Part shown: positions 40,008 through 49,331 of the stretch, one piece after another | How positions within the stretch are numbered: the stretch's first letter is position 1 | How the letters are laid out: every line of letters starts with the position of its first letter | Virus record (IMG/VR): IMGVR_UViG_3300023301_000009 | Span: 1 to 61,770 of that record | Direction: 5' to 3' (one strand) | Length of the DNA: 61,770 bases | From: a virus | Taxonomy: Duplodnaviria > Caudoviricetes | The notes under the pieces: model-generated | What the model was told of the DNA's origin: nothing | Database searches by the model: none | The model's input: only the letters and a program-made list of their open reading frames with translations | Made by a program: the position numbers and the translations under genes

Positions 40008-40648
40008 CAGATCCGCAGTCCCTCGTCTGGGTAGTTCGAGGAATTAAACGTCTGGCTCCAATCCAGCTCATCCGCGATCCGATGCTTCTTGAAATACGCG
40101 TAAACCTGCTGGAGCAAATCCGTCGGCCCGCTCACGTACACCACTGGGGAGGATTCCCTTCCCGGCGTCAGCATCAGGTGCTGCACATCTGCTACACTCA
40201 CCGCATCCCGAAATGCTCGCGCGACGTGTTGTGCCGTGAATTCGTTGTAGTTCCCCGGCACGGCCATCAACATCAGCCATTCCCAATCGAATAGCGACAG
40301 CTTCAGCTCGGACCTGAAACCTAAATCCCGCTCCTTCTTGCTCAGCTCGTTGGCATCCGAGTACGCATCCACCACCGTCTTATGCTCCGGCCCAAGCTCT
40401 GAGAACCCAAGCGTCCGCGCGTCATCCACAATCAGCGACGTCTGGTAAACCCCATCGAGCAGCTCCTCAACTTTGCTGTTGAGCATTGCCACCATCCGGT
40501 CCTGCTCCTCCTTGGTGCTGGCCAGATATTCCTTCAACTCCCGTCTCGCCTCTTCCAAATCCAACGCGATCTGTATCAACTCTTTATTACTAAGTGGCAT
40601 TGCTAGTCTCCTGAACTCGTTCGTGTTGTCTGGGGAGGCGCAGCCCAT
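39998..40648 (-). CDS. hypothetical protein (likely start near 40600)
   Basis: SD AGGAG before MPLSNKEL. Confidence 0.65.
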   Translation of the reverse strand: MGCASPDNTNEFRRLAMPLSNKELIQIALDLEEARRELKEYLASTKEEQDRMVAMLNSKVEELLDGVYQTSLIVDDARTLGFSELGPEHKTVVDAYSDANELSKKERDLGFRSELKLSLFDWEWLMLMAVPGNYNEFTAQHVARAFRDAVSVADVQHLMLTPGRESSPVVYVSGPTDLLQQVYAYFKKHRIADELDWSQTFNSSNYPDEGLRIWWD

Positions 40649-40666
40649 TGACCACGCCCCAGTAAA

Positions 40667-40873
40667 TTAAATCATCCCTGCGTCGTGCAGTGGTGACGAC
40701 AGCGTCCCTTCGCACCCTTCACTTTGACACGCGTACTCTCGGGCATCCGGCTCCACCGTGCGCTCCGCCCCGCAATCCGTGCACGTTGCTTCCACCGACC
40801 CGTAATCCTGCATCTGGCGAAACGCCTCCATCACACTCTGCGATTGCTCGTAATCTTTTCGTTCGTCCAACAT
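40667..40873 (-). CDS. small Zn-ribbon protein
   Basis: CTDC..VEPDA..CQSEGC; SD AAGGAG. Confidence 0.65.
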   Translation of the reverse strand: MLDERKDYEQSQSVMEAFRQMQDYGSVEATCTDCGAERTVEPDAREYACQSEGCEGTLSSPLHDAGMI

Positions 40874-41054
40874 CCGCTTCTCCTTACCTGTTTTCCAATT
40901 CAGTGCCCCACTCGCCCCATTGGCTCGTAGTGGCTTCGTACTCGCACACCTGTAGAATTATCTGCTATCAGATTCGTCCTCGGGCATCGTTGCCGTCTTC
41001 AGATGTTTTCTCGTTGCTCAGTACACCCACGCTGAAATTTTGTGGGTGCTCCTT

Positions 41055-41083
41055 AGTATATATAATATTTATGTGTTTGTCAA
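41055..41083 (-). promoter_or_regulatory. strong sigma70-type early promoter P1
   Basis: TTGACA-17 bp-TATACT. Confidence 0.85.
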
Positions 41084-41285
41084 TAAGTATTTAATGATAG
41101 GTAGTCCACCGTTCTCCACCTTGGTTCGCCTTACCTCGTAATGGCTCCGCTTTGCTCCTACTCAGGTGACGTGGATTCTGCTTGGGCTTAGCTCGTACCA
41201 AAGGGTCTTAGTTCTTAAATTTTCTCATCTGTGAAGATAGCAGTAGGGTGGGTTTTGTGGCAGATCTTGGCGGGGGTCCGAACTG

Positions 41286-41489
41286 GACTTGGCCTGAATC
41301 TTTTTCTGGATTTTGCTTGACACCTAGCTTTTTTCATGAGTGAGCTTTGGCTTGGCTTGGGGCCAAATTATTCCTGGATTTTGCTTGACACCTAGCTTTT
41401 TTTATGAGTGAGCTTTGGCTTGACTTGGCACCAAATTATTTCTGGATTTTGCTTGACACCTAGCTTTTTTTATGAATGAGCTTTGGGCT
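41286..41489. repeat. three tandem ~68-bp direct repeats
   Basis: ctggattttgcttgacacctagcttttttYatgaRtgagctttgg at 41306, 41374 and 41442 (period 68). Confidence 0.92.
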
Positions 41490-41945
41490 CGGCTGCCCAT
41501 AAATCCAAAACCAGATTCGGTAGCTGGGCTGGCTTGTCGTCACTGGGGAAAGGACTTGTCGGGGCTGGCTTTGCTTGCCGCATAAAATTCAGATCTTGAA
41601 CTACGCTCGCCAGCGAATCCTAGCATGCCAATCCATACGCCCAAACCGGCTCCCAAGGCTTTCCATGGGTTTTGCTTGACATCATAGTTCTACCCTTTTC
41701 TCGGAGGGGGGGCCTAATTCCTAAACCAAAATCCTCACCTTGACATACACTACTGAACATAGGGGCGGCTCTTAATCATGGCAGCTCCAAATCCCAGTCC
41801 TATGCCCAGCCATGGGGGTCGCCACATTTACGCGTCTAATGGGCTGAGACAAAACACGGGGAATTCCGGCACTACCCCTCGCCAGAAAAATCCATATAAC
41901 GCTTTTACTAGCGCCAAATATCAATCCGTAATTCCAATTCGCGCC

Positions 41946-42033
41946 TAAAAAGTTCCTGACAAACCTACCCAAACCCTATGCACCAAACCTGACCCTAAAA
42001 AAGTTCCTGTCAAACCTACCCAAACGCTATATG
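41946..42033. repeat. two ~35-bp direct repeats
   Basis: taaaaagttcctgWcaaacctacccaaac..ctat at ~41946 and ~41997. Confidence 0.8.
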
Positions 42034-42370
42034 CCAGCACGTATATCTGTGCATTTGTCAGAACCAAGACTGCCAACCAAGTGCCAAAGTCGCTCTAAGT
42101 AGCCACATCGGGATCGTCCTCTATGGTACGTCTCTACCCTTACTCTCTGTACTACTACTTATACACCTCATAGATCGCCTCCGGCTCTCTCTCCCCGCAA
42201 AACCTGGGAAATACCGTGCCTGCCAGTGTGCTCATGGGGGTGTGCTTATACGTTCTCTAGCGCTTTGCCTTGCTAACACTCTCCTTGAATACATGCTTTC
42301 AAATGTTTTCTTGCTCCCCGCCTATTTCAGCTTTCGGGCTGCTCGGTCCTGCTATAGACCCCACCACACC

Positions 42371-42414
42371 AAAAGGGCAGGGAGGACCAAATCAACTGGC
42401 CTTCCGCTGCCCTT
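42371..42414 (-). terminator. intrinsic terminator closing the operon ending at 42469
   Basis: AAGGGCAGCGGAAGGCCA..TGGTCCTCCCTGCCCTT-TT. Confidence 0.6.
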
Positions 42415-42468
42415 ACGTGAGGGTCTATATGCTTTCTTGCTACTCGCTGCTCAAACCGTACCTAATAA

Positions 42469-42681
42469 CTAGATGACCTCAAAATATTTCGCTGCTGTAG
42501 CAAGAAGCATATTGTAATCACCAGCCATCATCTCAGCCAATAACTTATCAACCTCCTCCTTATTGCAACCATACTCTCTGGCCGCACGCTGACATCTGCC
42601 CATTACACTATACGCATTCCCATCCTCTCCAGCCAACTTTACTTCAGGCTTGCCTGCTTCCAAATCACTTAGCGTTTTCAT
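42469..42681 (-). CDS. conserved small phage protein
   Basis: VKLAGEDGNAYSVMG..A..G....EMMAGDY..LL motif common in phages. Confidence 0.7.
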   Translation of the reverse strand: MKTLSDLEAGKPEVKLAGEDGNAYSVMGRCQRAAREYGCNKEEVDKLLAEMMAGDYNMLLATAAKYFEVI

Positions 42682-42961
42682 TCTCTTCTCCTTTCATGAC
42701 TGGGGTATCAAGCCCCTTGGGTAGTTCACTCTCTTCTTTAACCGCTCTCCCTCGCTGGGGAGTTGCGCTCCTGGCTAACTCTTCCGCGAATCTCAGGACT
42801 GTTCTCGCACTCGTCCAGCTACCTTTGCTGAAGCTACCATCTCCCGATTCTGAGTTCTGGTTTCTCCATACGATCTCCGCTAACTCCTGTAGCTCTTTTG
42901 GGTGGGGAGCCAATCGTTTAATCAGCTCCGCCGCCCTCGCTTTGTCTGATAACTTGCACAT
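42665..42961 (-). CDS. hypothetical protein
   Basis: SD GGAGAAGGAG. Confidence 0.6.
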   Translation of the reverse strand: MCKLSDKARAAELIKRLAPHPKELQELAEIVWRNQNSESGDGSFSKGSWTSARTVLRFAEELARSATPQRGRAVKEESELPKGLDTPVMKGEENENAK

Positions 42962-43027
42962 CTCCTTCTCCTACCTGTGGTTTCTGGGGGATAACTCATT
43001 GATTCTTCCGCGAATCTCAGCTTAAAC

Positions 43028-43390
43028 CTACCTCCTCATTTTCAGCACTCCAACCATCGCCCTCCCCTTCCTCATGGAACACCTAAAATCCACTTTCCTT
43101 CCACGGAAACTAGCTGTCCCCTCGACCACTGTCTTCCGCTCGCTCCCGCTCACAGCTTGAGGCACGATGGACGGGTATGCGAGAACCACAGGTGATTTCT
43201 GTGAAATTACGTGCTTACAGAGAACCCATGCCTCGACCTTTTTCTGGGTACTGAGCTTCTTTTCAGTGGTTTTCCGTAGCTCTCTTGGTGGTGGTTCCGG
43301 TGCACTTCTATCACGCGATGTCACAACTACGAGTAACACAACCGCCATTATCGCAAACGTAACCAACACTTTCACACTGTTACTAGGCAT
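43028..43390 (-). CDS. membrane-anchored hypothetical protein
   Basis: N-terminal hydrophobic helix VLVTFAIMAVVLLVVV. Confidence 0.6.
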   Translation of the reverse strand: MPSNSVKVLVTFAIMAVVLLVVVTSRDRSAPEPPPRELRKTTEKKLSTQKKVEAWVLCKHVISQKSPVVLAYPSIVPQAVSGSERKTVVEGTASFRGRKVDFRCSMRKGRAMVGVLKMRR

Positions 43391-43414
43391 CTTCTTACCT
43401 TCTCTTAGGGGGAA

Positions 43415-43915
43415 TTATTCTCCGATAACCGTTAGGTCATTTAGTGCTATGCACGCCTCTCGTCCTACAATCCAGACTACTGCTTTGCCATTTTCTACGC
43501 GTGCCACCCGCCGGGTTTTCGCCACTGCGCTATCCATTCCTTCAGGCAGCTCTCGAATTCGGGTGCCTACTGCGTGAAGCCCGTTCCACAATTCCGCATA
43601 CATTTGCTCATCTTGTAGGGGAGTAACCCAGTTATTTTCATGAATTTTCTGGAGATGCTCTTCTATGGACGTAATTCTTTGGCGGACTAAGCGTAATTCC
43701 TGTAGGACAGCAGTGTTTTCGGCTACTTTTTCTGCATCTATTTGCTCCCCATTATCTGTTATCCAGTCCGTTAACCATGAGTGTAAATCGTCAAACAAAT
43801 GCACACTCAACTCACGTCCATCACCATCTCTACGGAGTAAAACTCCCAATATTTTCTGTAGCATCTCGAATTTTATCTTGTCTTTTCCTGGGATTTTCCT
43901 ACTCATTTCTTGCAC
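43415..43915 (-). CDS. hypothetical protein
   Basis: 166 aa, operon packing. Confidence 0.6.
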   Translation of the reverse strand: MQEMSRKIPGKDKIKFEMLQKILGVLLRRDGDGRELSVHLFDDLHSWLTDWITDNGEQIDAEKVAENTAVLQELRLVRQRITSIEEHLQKIHENNWVTPLQDEQMYAELWNGLHAVGTRIRELPEGMDSAVAKTRRVARVENGKAVVWIVGREACIALNDLTVIGE

Positions 43916-44136
43916 CTTTTTACTGAAAAATTACCAATATCTTGATGGTCTCTAAGCACTTCTCTCAGGGGAAATTCCTGCTCCAAAGCAGTGAAAATCT
44001 CCTTAGATCTTTGGGTGTCGCTGGGGTGTAATCCAGTCCTCATAACCACCCATGTCCTGTTGTGAGAATACGTTATCTCACCAATGATTTTAGCTGCTTT
44101 TCTCATGCGATTTCGCATCACGCCGAGCGTCTCCAT
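43903..44136 (-). CDS. hypothetical protein
   Basis: 77 aa, operon packing. Confidence 0.5.
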   Translation of the reverse strand: METLGVMRNRMRKAAKIIGEITYSHNRTWVVMRTGLHPSDTQRSKEIFTALEQEFPLREVLRDHQDIGNFSVKRCKK

Positions 44137-44316
44137 ATTCCATTCCGTACCATGCGTGGTTAACAGTGTAGCCCGTAGTAGAACTCCGCCTCTTCACATA
44201 CGCCCAAGTCGTTGTGTACATCTTTAAGACGCTGTAAGCGCTTTCTGTTCAAGTAATTCCTATGTCCCTCTGGCCTCCAGTCTCCCGCTGACTTCATACC
44301 AAACCTGCTTTTCGGC

Positions 44317-44628
44317 TTATAGCTTTTCATAACATCCCTTTGAAATGTACTCCGTGAATAACCACTCGGGCTCTCCCCAGTTCGTCACTGTGACTATCTC
44401 CCCTGACAAAACCCGGTCACGCACAAGGCGTAAACCCGTCACCATAAGCACCGCCTTTGACGTGGTGTGCCCTCGTATTTTATCAGCTATCTGCACGTAC
44501 ATCACGGGCTTGCCATAGTGGGTAATCACAGCCTCCTTAACCCCTGCCTGATGCTGCATAAATTCAGTAGAACTCAGTATTAAATTCTCATGTTTCCAAG
44601 GTGCCCATTTCGTGTTTTTCTTCCTCAT
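44317..44628 (-). CDS. hypothetical protein with two Phd/YefM-like repeats
   Basis: Start MRKKN after leader-motif SD GAGGA; VITHYGKPV and VTVTNWGEPE. Confidence 0.5.
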   Translation of the reverse strand: MRKKNTKWAPWKHENLILSSTEFMQHQAGVKEAVITHYGKPVMYVQIADKIRGHTTSKAVLMVTGLRLVRDRVLSGEIVTVTNWGEPEWLFTEYISKGCYEKL

Positions 44629-44662
44629 AATTTCCTCGGCCTTAGTGGCGTCTTCGGTTTTC

Positions 44663-44983
44663 TTAATTATCGAATTTGTACTGCATACTATACTCACCAT
44701 CCTCCTTGGCTATATCGCTCAGCTTAATCATCATCCTCCCTGCGTTCGGCATGGAATTATCCCATTGGGATTCTGATACCTTCAGTAGCATCATGTGCGG
44801 CCCTTCGACCTTGTACTCCTTCATCATGTGTGGCTCTTCGATCTTGTATAAAAAGCCGATTCCATCGGGCATGAACGCTGCTCCTTCTGGCTCGGCTGGG
44901 ACCGCATACTGCTGGGGTAGGTTTCTTGCGATTTTCGCTACTGTCTCGTTCTGTAACGTCTTTTTTGAGAATGTGATTTTCAA
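44663..44983 (-). CDS. hypothetical protein
   Basis: SD GGAGAAGGA, TTG start. Confidence 0.55.
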   Translation of the reverse strand: MKITFSKKTLQNETVAKIARNLPQQYAVPAEPEGAAFMPDGIGFLYKIEEPHMMKEYKVEGPHMMLLKVSESQWDNSMPNAGRMMIKLSDIAKEDGEYSMQYKFDN

Positions 44984-45035
44984 CGTCCTTCTCCGCTTGT
45001 GTGAATGTGAGTCTCAATGTCACCAACCATCTCGC

Positions 45036-45332
45036 TCATATTGCGAGGACTTCGTAGGCGGCTGTGCCTTCCTCGCATGTGAGTACCACCTCGACCGAGG
45101 CTCCTGTTCCGCTCCTGCGGCAAAGGTGAATTGCCTCTTTCGCCGTTCCGTTGAGTGCGCCGTGGATCATGTTGAGAATCATCGCAACTTCCGCTTTGTC
45201 ATCGAAGTGTCGTACGGCGTAGGGCGCGAAACTTTCTGGGACGTCGAACATCGTAACCCTGATTCGAGCGTTGACGAAGGACTTGAGAATGGCGAGAGTT
45301 TCATTGTCTGTGATTTTCTTCATTTTGTTCAT
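45036..45332 (-). CDS. early hypothetical protein
   Basis: First gene after promoter P2; leader motif plus SD. Confidence 0.7.
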   Translation of the reverse strand: MNKMKKITDNETLAILKSFVNARIRVTMFDVPESFAPYAVRHFDDKAEVAMILNMIHGALNGTAKEAIHLCRRSGTGASVEVVLTCEEGTAAYEVLAI

Positions 45333-45411
45333 TTTGTTTCCTCGGGCTTGGTTGCCGTCTTAGGTTTTATGGGTGAAGTGCTTACCCGCAATGTTTTTTG
45401 GGGTATGCCTC

Positions 45412-45440
45412 AGTATATATGATTTTTATGTGTTTGTCAA
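45412..45440 (-). promoter_or_regulatory. strong sigma70-type early promoter P2
   Basis: TTGACA-17 bp-TATACT. Confidence 0.85.
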
Positions 45441-45480
45441 GTATAAATGGGGAATAGTGTTCCAACGACTCTCAGTCTGA

Positions 45481-45984
45481 TCAACCCCAAATCATCTCGC
45501 TCACTGCTTTGCCTTCCTTGGACACCACCAGCACATCGTAACCTGCCTCCTTCTCAATCTCGGCAAACCCTGCCTCGACCAATTCGTCATCTCCCGCTGG
45601 GCAAAACCACACTCTCTCACTTCTACTCCTATGAAACTCCCAGAGCCTTTCAGCGGCCCTAGCGCTTAACGCGTTTCCTGCGCTTAGCATCTCCTCGTCA
45701 GTTGCATACTTCTCTTGTGTTCTCAAATACGACATTGCCGTACTCCAGCTAAGCACAAAATACAGCCCCACTTCGCTCCCATCAAACCGCAACTGGTAAC
45801 TACACACATGCGCTGATTGCTCCACTCGGGCAGATTCTTTAAGCAAGTCAAAAATCGCACCCATGCCCTGCGACCCTCTGACTGTACTTATGTTAAACTC
45901 ATTCTCCAGTGCTGATACCACAATATCCTGTGATTGCATTACTACATCAATAAGCGCGAATAATCTTTTCGTATGGTCTTTCAT
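45481..45984 (-). CDS. hypothetical protein
   Basis: 167 aa; leader motif with SD GAGGA. Confidence 0.7.
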   Translation of the reverse strand: MKDHTKRLFALIDVVMQSQDIVVSALENEFNISTVRGSQGMGAIFDLLKESARVEQSAHVCSYQLRFDGSEVGLYFVLSWSTAMSYLRTQEKYATDEEMLSAGNALSARAAERLWEFHRSRSERVWFCPAGDDELVEAGFAEIEKEAGYDVLVVSKEGKAVSEMIWG

Positions 45985-46123
45985 AGTGTCCTCGGGCTTG
46001 TGGCCGTCTTAGGTTTCTGTGCATACCTTACGCGAATGTAAAGCATGATGTTTCAAGGTGTTTGTAAAGAACTATTACGGAGCCGGTTACGGTACTGGCT
46101 CTTCGCTGTGGTGGCAACGCCAA

Positions 46124-46363
46124 TCACTTTACTCTTTTCATTCCTTTGGTTTGAATCTTAATGCTAAGATTCTGGCCAAGCGGTTCAAGACTTAGCTCGC
46201 ACTCCCCAGCCTCCACTGCCTGAAGCACAGCGCCATATAATGTCAGGGCCTTCTTAACTAATTCAGTCGCATCTTTTGAACTCGACTTACGAACTAGTTC
46301 TCCAACCTTGCGCACCATATCGCCGTCAACCGTCACGACAAGCTGGGGGGTATCATCACTCAC
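46124..46363 (-). CDS. ribbon-helix-helix-like DNA-binding protein
   Basis: LVVTVD..MVRKV.EL....DATELVKKALTLY pattern. Confidence 0.5.
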   Translation of the reverse strand: MSDDTPQLVVTVDGDMVRKVGELVRKSSSKDATELVKKALTLYGAVLQAVEAGECELSLEPLGQNLSIKIQTKGMKRVK

Positions 46364-46744
46364 TTACTGTATGTCACCTTGTGTCTGAGCCTCTTCATAG
46401 AACTTAGCAGCACCAGCTCGATCTCGCTCCGCGAAGGCGCGCTGAATTACTTGCTTCTGCGTCATCGTAGCTACGTGGCCCAAATCATTCACTACCTCCA
46501 CCATCTTCATGGAGTTGATGAACTCACCTTCCGCGAGATGATCATTGACTAGGCACCCCATAGCCTCCTCCTCCAGCGCAGCCCGACACATCTCAGCCTC
46601 CATCTTAACTACCTCAGCGACGAACTCTTGCTTTGCTCGCTCGCTCGCTTCTTCAGTCGTTTCTAAACTCACAATCACCAACGTATCTCGCAAACTCATA
46701 ACTACTACTCCAGTCACTACTTGGGTGCGGGGTAGGCCCACCAT
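46364..46744 (-). CDS. hypothetical protein
   Basis: Operon packing. Confidence 0.55.
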   Translation of the reverse strand: MVGLPRTQVVTGVVVMSLRDTLVIVSLETTEEASERAKQEFVAEVVKMEAEMCRAALEEEAMGCLVNDHLAEGEFINSMKMVEVVNDLGHVATMTQKQVIQRAFAERDRAGAAKFYEEAQTQGDIQ

Positions 46745-46761
46745 GGACCTACCCCATTTTA

Positions 46762-47082
46762 TTACTCGGCTACTTTATCCTCTTCGTTCATCTGAGCTTC
46801 CATCTCCTCCGTGCTCATGCCAGTCGCTTTCGGGTTAAGATCCTCCACTACGGTCTGTGTCACCGTCTGAGTTTTTACGCCCAACTCTTTCATCACACGG
46901 ACAACCAAGTACGTGCCTTCCTCATCACATTCTTTGATAAACCGTTCCGCCTCTTTCGATGAATTGCTTTCAAACTCTCGTTCGACGAACACGTACTCTA
47001 CGCGTGCAAAGGGTTCTCCCTCTTCCGCTGCGAACTTGTTATCGACTTCTTTCATTACTGCAACATCTCCGAATCTACTCAT
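46762..47082 (-). CDS. acidic hypothetical protein
   Basis: 106 aa, overlaps the upstream stop. Confidence 0.6.
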   Translation of the reverse strand: MSRFGDVAVMKEVDNKFAAEEGEPFARVEYVFVEREFESNSSKEAERFIKECDEEGTYLVVRVMKELGVKTQTVTQTVVEDLNPKATGMSTEEMEAQMNEEDKVAE

Positions 47083-47287
47083 GCTGGGTATCCTTGGTTT
47101 CGCAGTTTTTCGTCTTCACGACGAACTGCTGTTTATGTAATCCACACCGCAGGATTTTTACCTGTCGGTTTCCTTCACCCTCGGGAGGCGTGTAGCCTGC
47201 CCTTAGATACTTTTCGCGAAGCTCATCGGCTTCCTCAAAATCTTGTGTGTATAACTTTGACCTCCATACCTTGTGTGCCATCGCCAT
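47075..47287 (-). CDS. hypothetical protein
   Basis: SD AGGAG. Confidence 0.6.
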   Translation of the reverse strand: MAMAHKVWRSKLYTQDFEEADELREKYLRAGYTPPEGEGNRQVKILRCGLHKQQFVVKTKNCETKDTQHE

Positions 47288-47317
47288 CTCCTACGCTTGA
47301 GTTACTTGTTACTTGGC

Positions 47318-48682
47318 TCAGTGCATGAGTGATGCAATGATCTCAGCACTGATCATCTCAATCTTGCTCGTATGCGACCGCGCTCCATCATCCCCGTAAA
47401 CGTGTGCGACCTCATGAATCATCACACGTACCAAGTCCACGAAACTTGCGACAACACCGCGCGCTATCTCAATGGAAAAGTCCGCTCCTCGGAATCGCCC
47501 CAACGTGCGCTCGTCGAAGAAATCCACGATATTCACATGCTCCAAAATATCGGCTCCCCAATCCCCGGCTTCGAGGCATGGGTTTATCAGGTCACACACC
47601 TCCCTCAAATTCTCACGCTCGGCTGGAGTAAGATCCTTATGCGAGTACAGCTTCTTCGCTTCCTTCGCGGCTTGTTCCCTTTGCTCTTCAAAGGTTCCTT
47701 TGCGCACCACGATGAGCTCACGCATTGCCTTTGATACAACGACTCCTGTCTTCCCGAAATGCTCCAGCTCCTTTGACTGGCTCATGTTCTCAACGGGTAT
47801 AGCATCTACGCCGTGCTTCTCCTCGAACTGGGCAACCACCTTACTAACCAAGGCTTTGCTATCCTTTAGTGCGTACACCTCGGATACCTCCAACGCGTTT
47901 CCTTCCTCGATCATGCCGAGTATCTCTTCAGTGAAATCTTGGTCGCTAAACTCGAACATCGCCTGCGTCATCCTATTCAGCTCCCATTTAAGATCCCATT
48001 CACTCATCATGTGGCGATCCCGGTTCAACTCCATTCCGCTTAAATCGTAACCGTACCGCATGCTATCCCGTTGCTGCACGAATACACCCTTATGATACAG
48101 CTTCCCCTTGTATCGGTCTTGGAGCAGCACCCTGTTATCTGAATACGCACCCGGCTTGACCGACTGCTTTGGGTCGTAATGCACATCGGTGAACAGGAAC
48201 CTCGTTTGCATCTCCTCCCACTGCTCCTGCTCGACCCCTTCCACAATCACTTGGAATACACCGCGAGACTTCTTCAGCTTCCTCGTTTTCACAGCCAGCA
48301 CATGCGTACCATACGTGTCGGACCACGCGATTTCTGGATACCAAGCCATATCATCATTGTAGACCTTGACCTTGTATCCAGCCATTCTCGACAGCGTGAG
48401 CAACGCCATAGGCAAGCCTTCCCCGAATTGGCCAATCGCATCCTTTCTCTTACGCGAACCCGACGTGCCCATCAGCAGCGCGTTCAGCTCCACCTGCACC
48501 CCAGAATTCTCAACCACCAACACCTTATTGTGCTCGTGATAGACAACTCGCATCGCACCTCTTGCTCGTGAGGCTGATGCTAGTTCTGCGTCTCGTGCGT
48601 TGCTGATAATCTCTCGCACAGCTTCCCACAATCCCCAACTTTCTTGGTAACTCACATCTAAACTTAACTCGAACTTTGCCAT
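47318..48682 (-). CDS. GHKL/HATPase_c-type ATPase with C-terminal HExxH domain
   Basis: REIISNARD, NSG, LLMGTSGS, IGQFGEGL; C-terminal MIHEVAH; start MAKFELSL after SD GAGGAG. Confidence 0.75.
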   Translation of the reverse strand: MAKFELSLDVSYQESWGLWEAVREIISNARDAELASASRARGAMRVVYHEHNKVLVVENSGVQVELNALLMGTSGSRKRKDAIGQFGEGLPMALLTLSRMAGYKVKVYNDDMAWYPEIAWSDTYGTHVLAVKTRKLKKSRGVFQVIVEGVEQEQWEEMQTRFLFTDVHYDPKQSVKPGAYSDNRVLLQDRYKGKLYHKGVFVQQRDSMRYGYDLSGMELNRDRHMMSEWDLKWELNRMTQAMFEFSDQDFTEEILGMIEEGNALEVSEVYALKDSKALVSKVVAQFEEKHGVDAIPVENMSQSKELEHFGKTGVVVSKAMRELIVVRKGTFEEQREQAAKEAKKLYSHKDLTPAERENLREVCDLINPCLEAGDWGADILEHVNIVDFFDERTLGRFRGADFSIEIARGVVASFVDLVRVMIHEVAHVYGDDGARSHTSKIEMISAEIIASLMH

Positions 48683-48752
48683 GCTGCTCTCCTCGGGCGT
48701 AATCGCCGTCTTCAGTTTATTGGCTCTCGCCATTTGTGGGATAATCCCACAG

Positions 48753-48792
48753 GGCTGGGGGAGGAGTCGAACCTTCCCTACACCATCCAGCC
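48753..48792 (-). ncRNA. tRNA-like mini-element 1 (acceptor-like stem plus T-arm, no anticodon arm)
   Basis: GGCTG-GATGGTGTA-GGGAAGG-TTCGACT-CCTCCCC-CAGCC. Confidence 0.55.
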
Positions 48793-48810
48793 AACTAGCA
48801 CACGCTAGAC

Positions 48811-49203
48811 TCACATTGACATATCTTCATCCTGCAACTCGCTGAGCGTTCGGCGGTTTCGCTGTAGCACCGTCACGCCTCGAACCTTCGTCTGCATCTC
48901 TTCATACGCATCGGAATCGGAAGCGACGCGTACATGAGACACCACTGCATCCCTATCGAAGTTCCACGCGTACCTAACCATTGCGTAGGACGTTTCCTCA
49001 TGGGCTGCTGTCGGGTCTACATCGTACACCTCTGCTACTGCGTCTTCTCGCGCACCTATCATCTGCACCATCCCTATCGCTGCAACCATCGCGTCCTCTA
49101 AATCATCAAAAGACACATGCAGTTCCGTGGTGCCTTTGGACGTGTGCACGTAGAACAGGGGCTTGTTCGCATCGTAATCTGACTTACTCGTGAACTTAAT
49201 CAT
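48811..49203 (-). CDS. hypothetical protein
   Basis: Leader motif plus GAGGAAACAAAATG. Confidence 0.7.
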   Translation of the reverse strand: MIKFTSKSDYDANKPLFYVHTSKGTTELHVSFDDLEDAMVAAIGMVQMIGAREDAVAEVYDVDPTAAHEETSYAMVRYAWNFDRDAVVSHVRVASDSDAYEEMQTKVRGVTVLQRNRRTLSELQDEDMSM

Positions 49204-49234
49204 TTTGTTTCCTCGGGCTTTCGCCGTCTTCAGT

Positions 49235-49279
49235 TTACGCCTCGCTACCGGCTAAGGCGGGGTTTACTCTTACTCGCAT
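49235..49279 (-). CDS. possible 14-aa upstream ORF (MRVRVNPALAGSEA)
   Basis: Strong SD GAGGAGAGG; stop lies just before the leader motif. Confidence 0.35.
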   Translation of the reverse strand: MRVRVNPALAGSEA

Positions 49280-49331
49280 ACCTCTCCTCTTATGAGTGAA
49301 GGTCGCCGGATTTTCTCGGGTTGCCCCGAAG

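Noticed and set aside
41318-41480. Plus-strand sigma70 promoters from TTGACA in each 68-bp repeat
   Set aside because: No -10 hexamer at 16-18 bp and no credible plus-strand gene downstream
41286-41489. CRISPR array
   Set aside because: The whole 68-bp unit is repeated with no unique spacers, and there are no cas genes
47318-48814. Extended N-terminus of the 498-aa ORF call
   Set aside because: The first 44 codons run through the tRNA-like element and leader motif; the SD supports ATG 48682
49200-49240. Hammerhead ribozyme (CTGAAGA-stem-GA...)
   Set aside because: The required GAAA after stem II is GAGG, only 3 of 7 copies keep CUGA, and stems I/III are not evident
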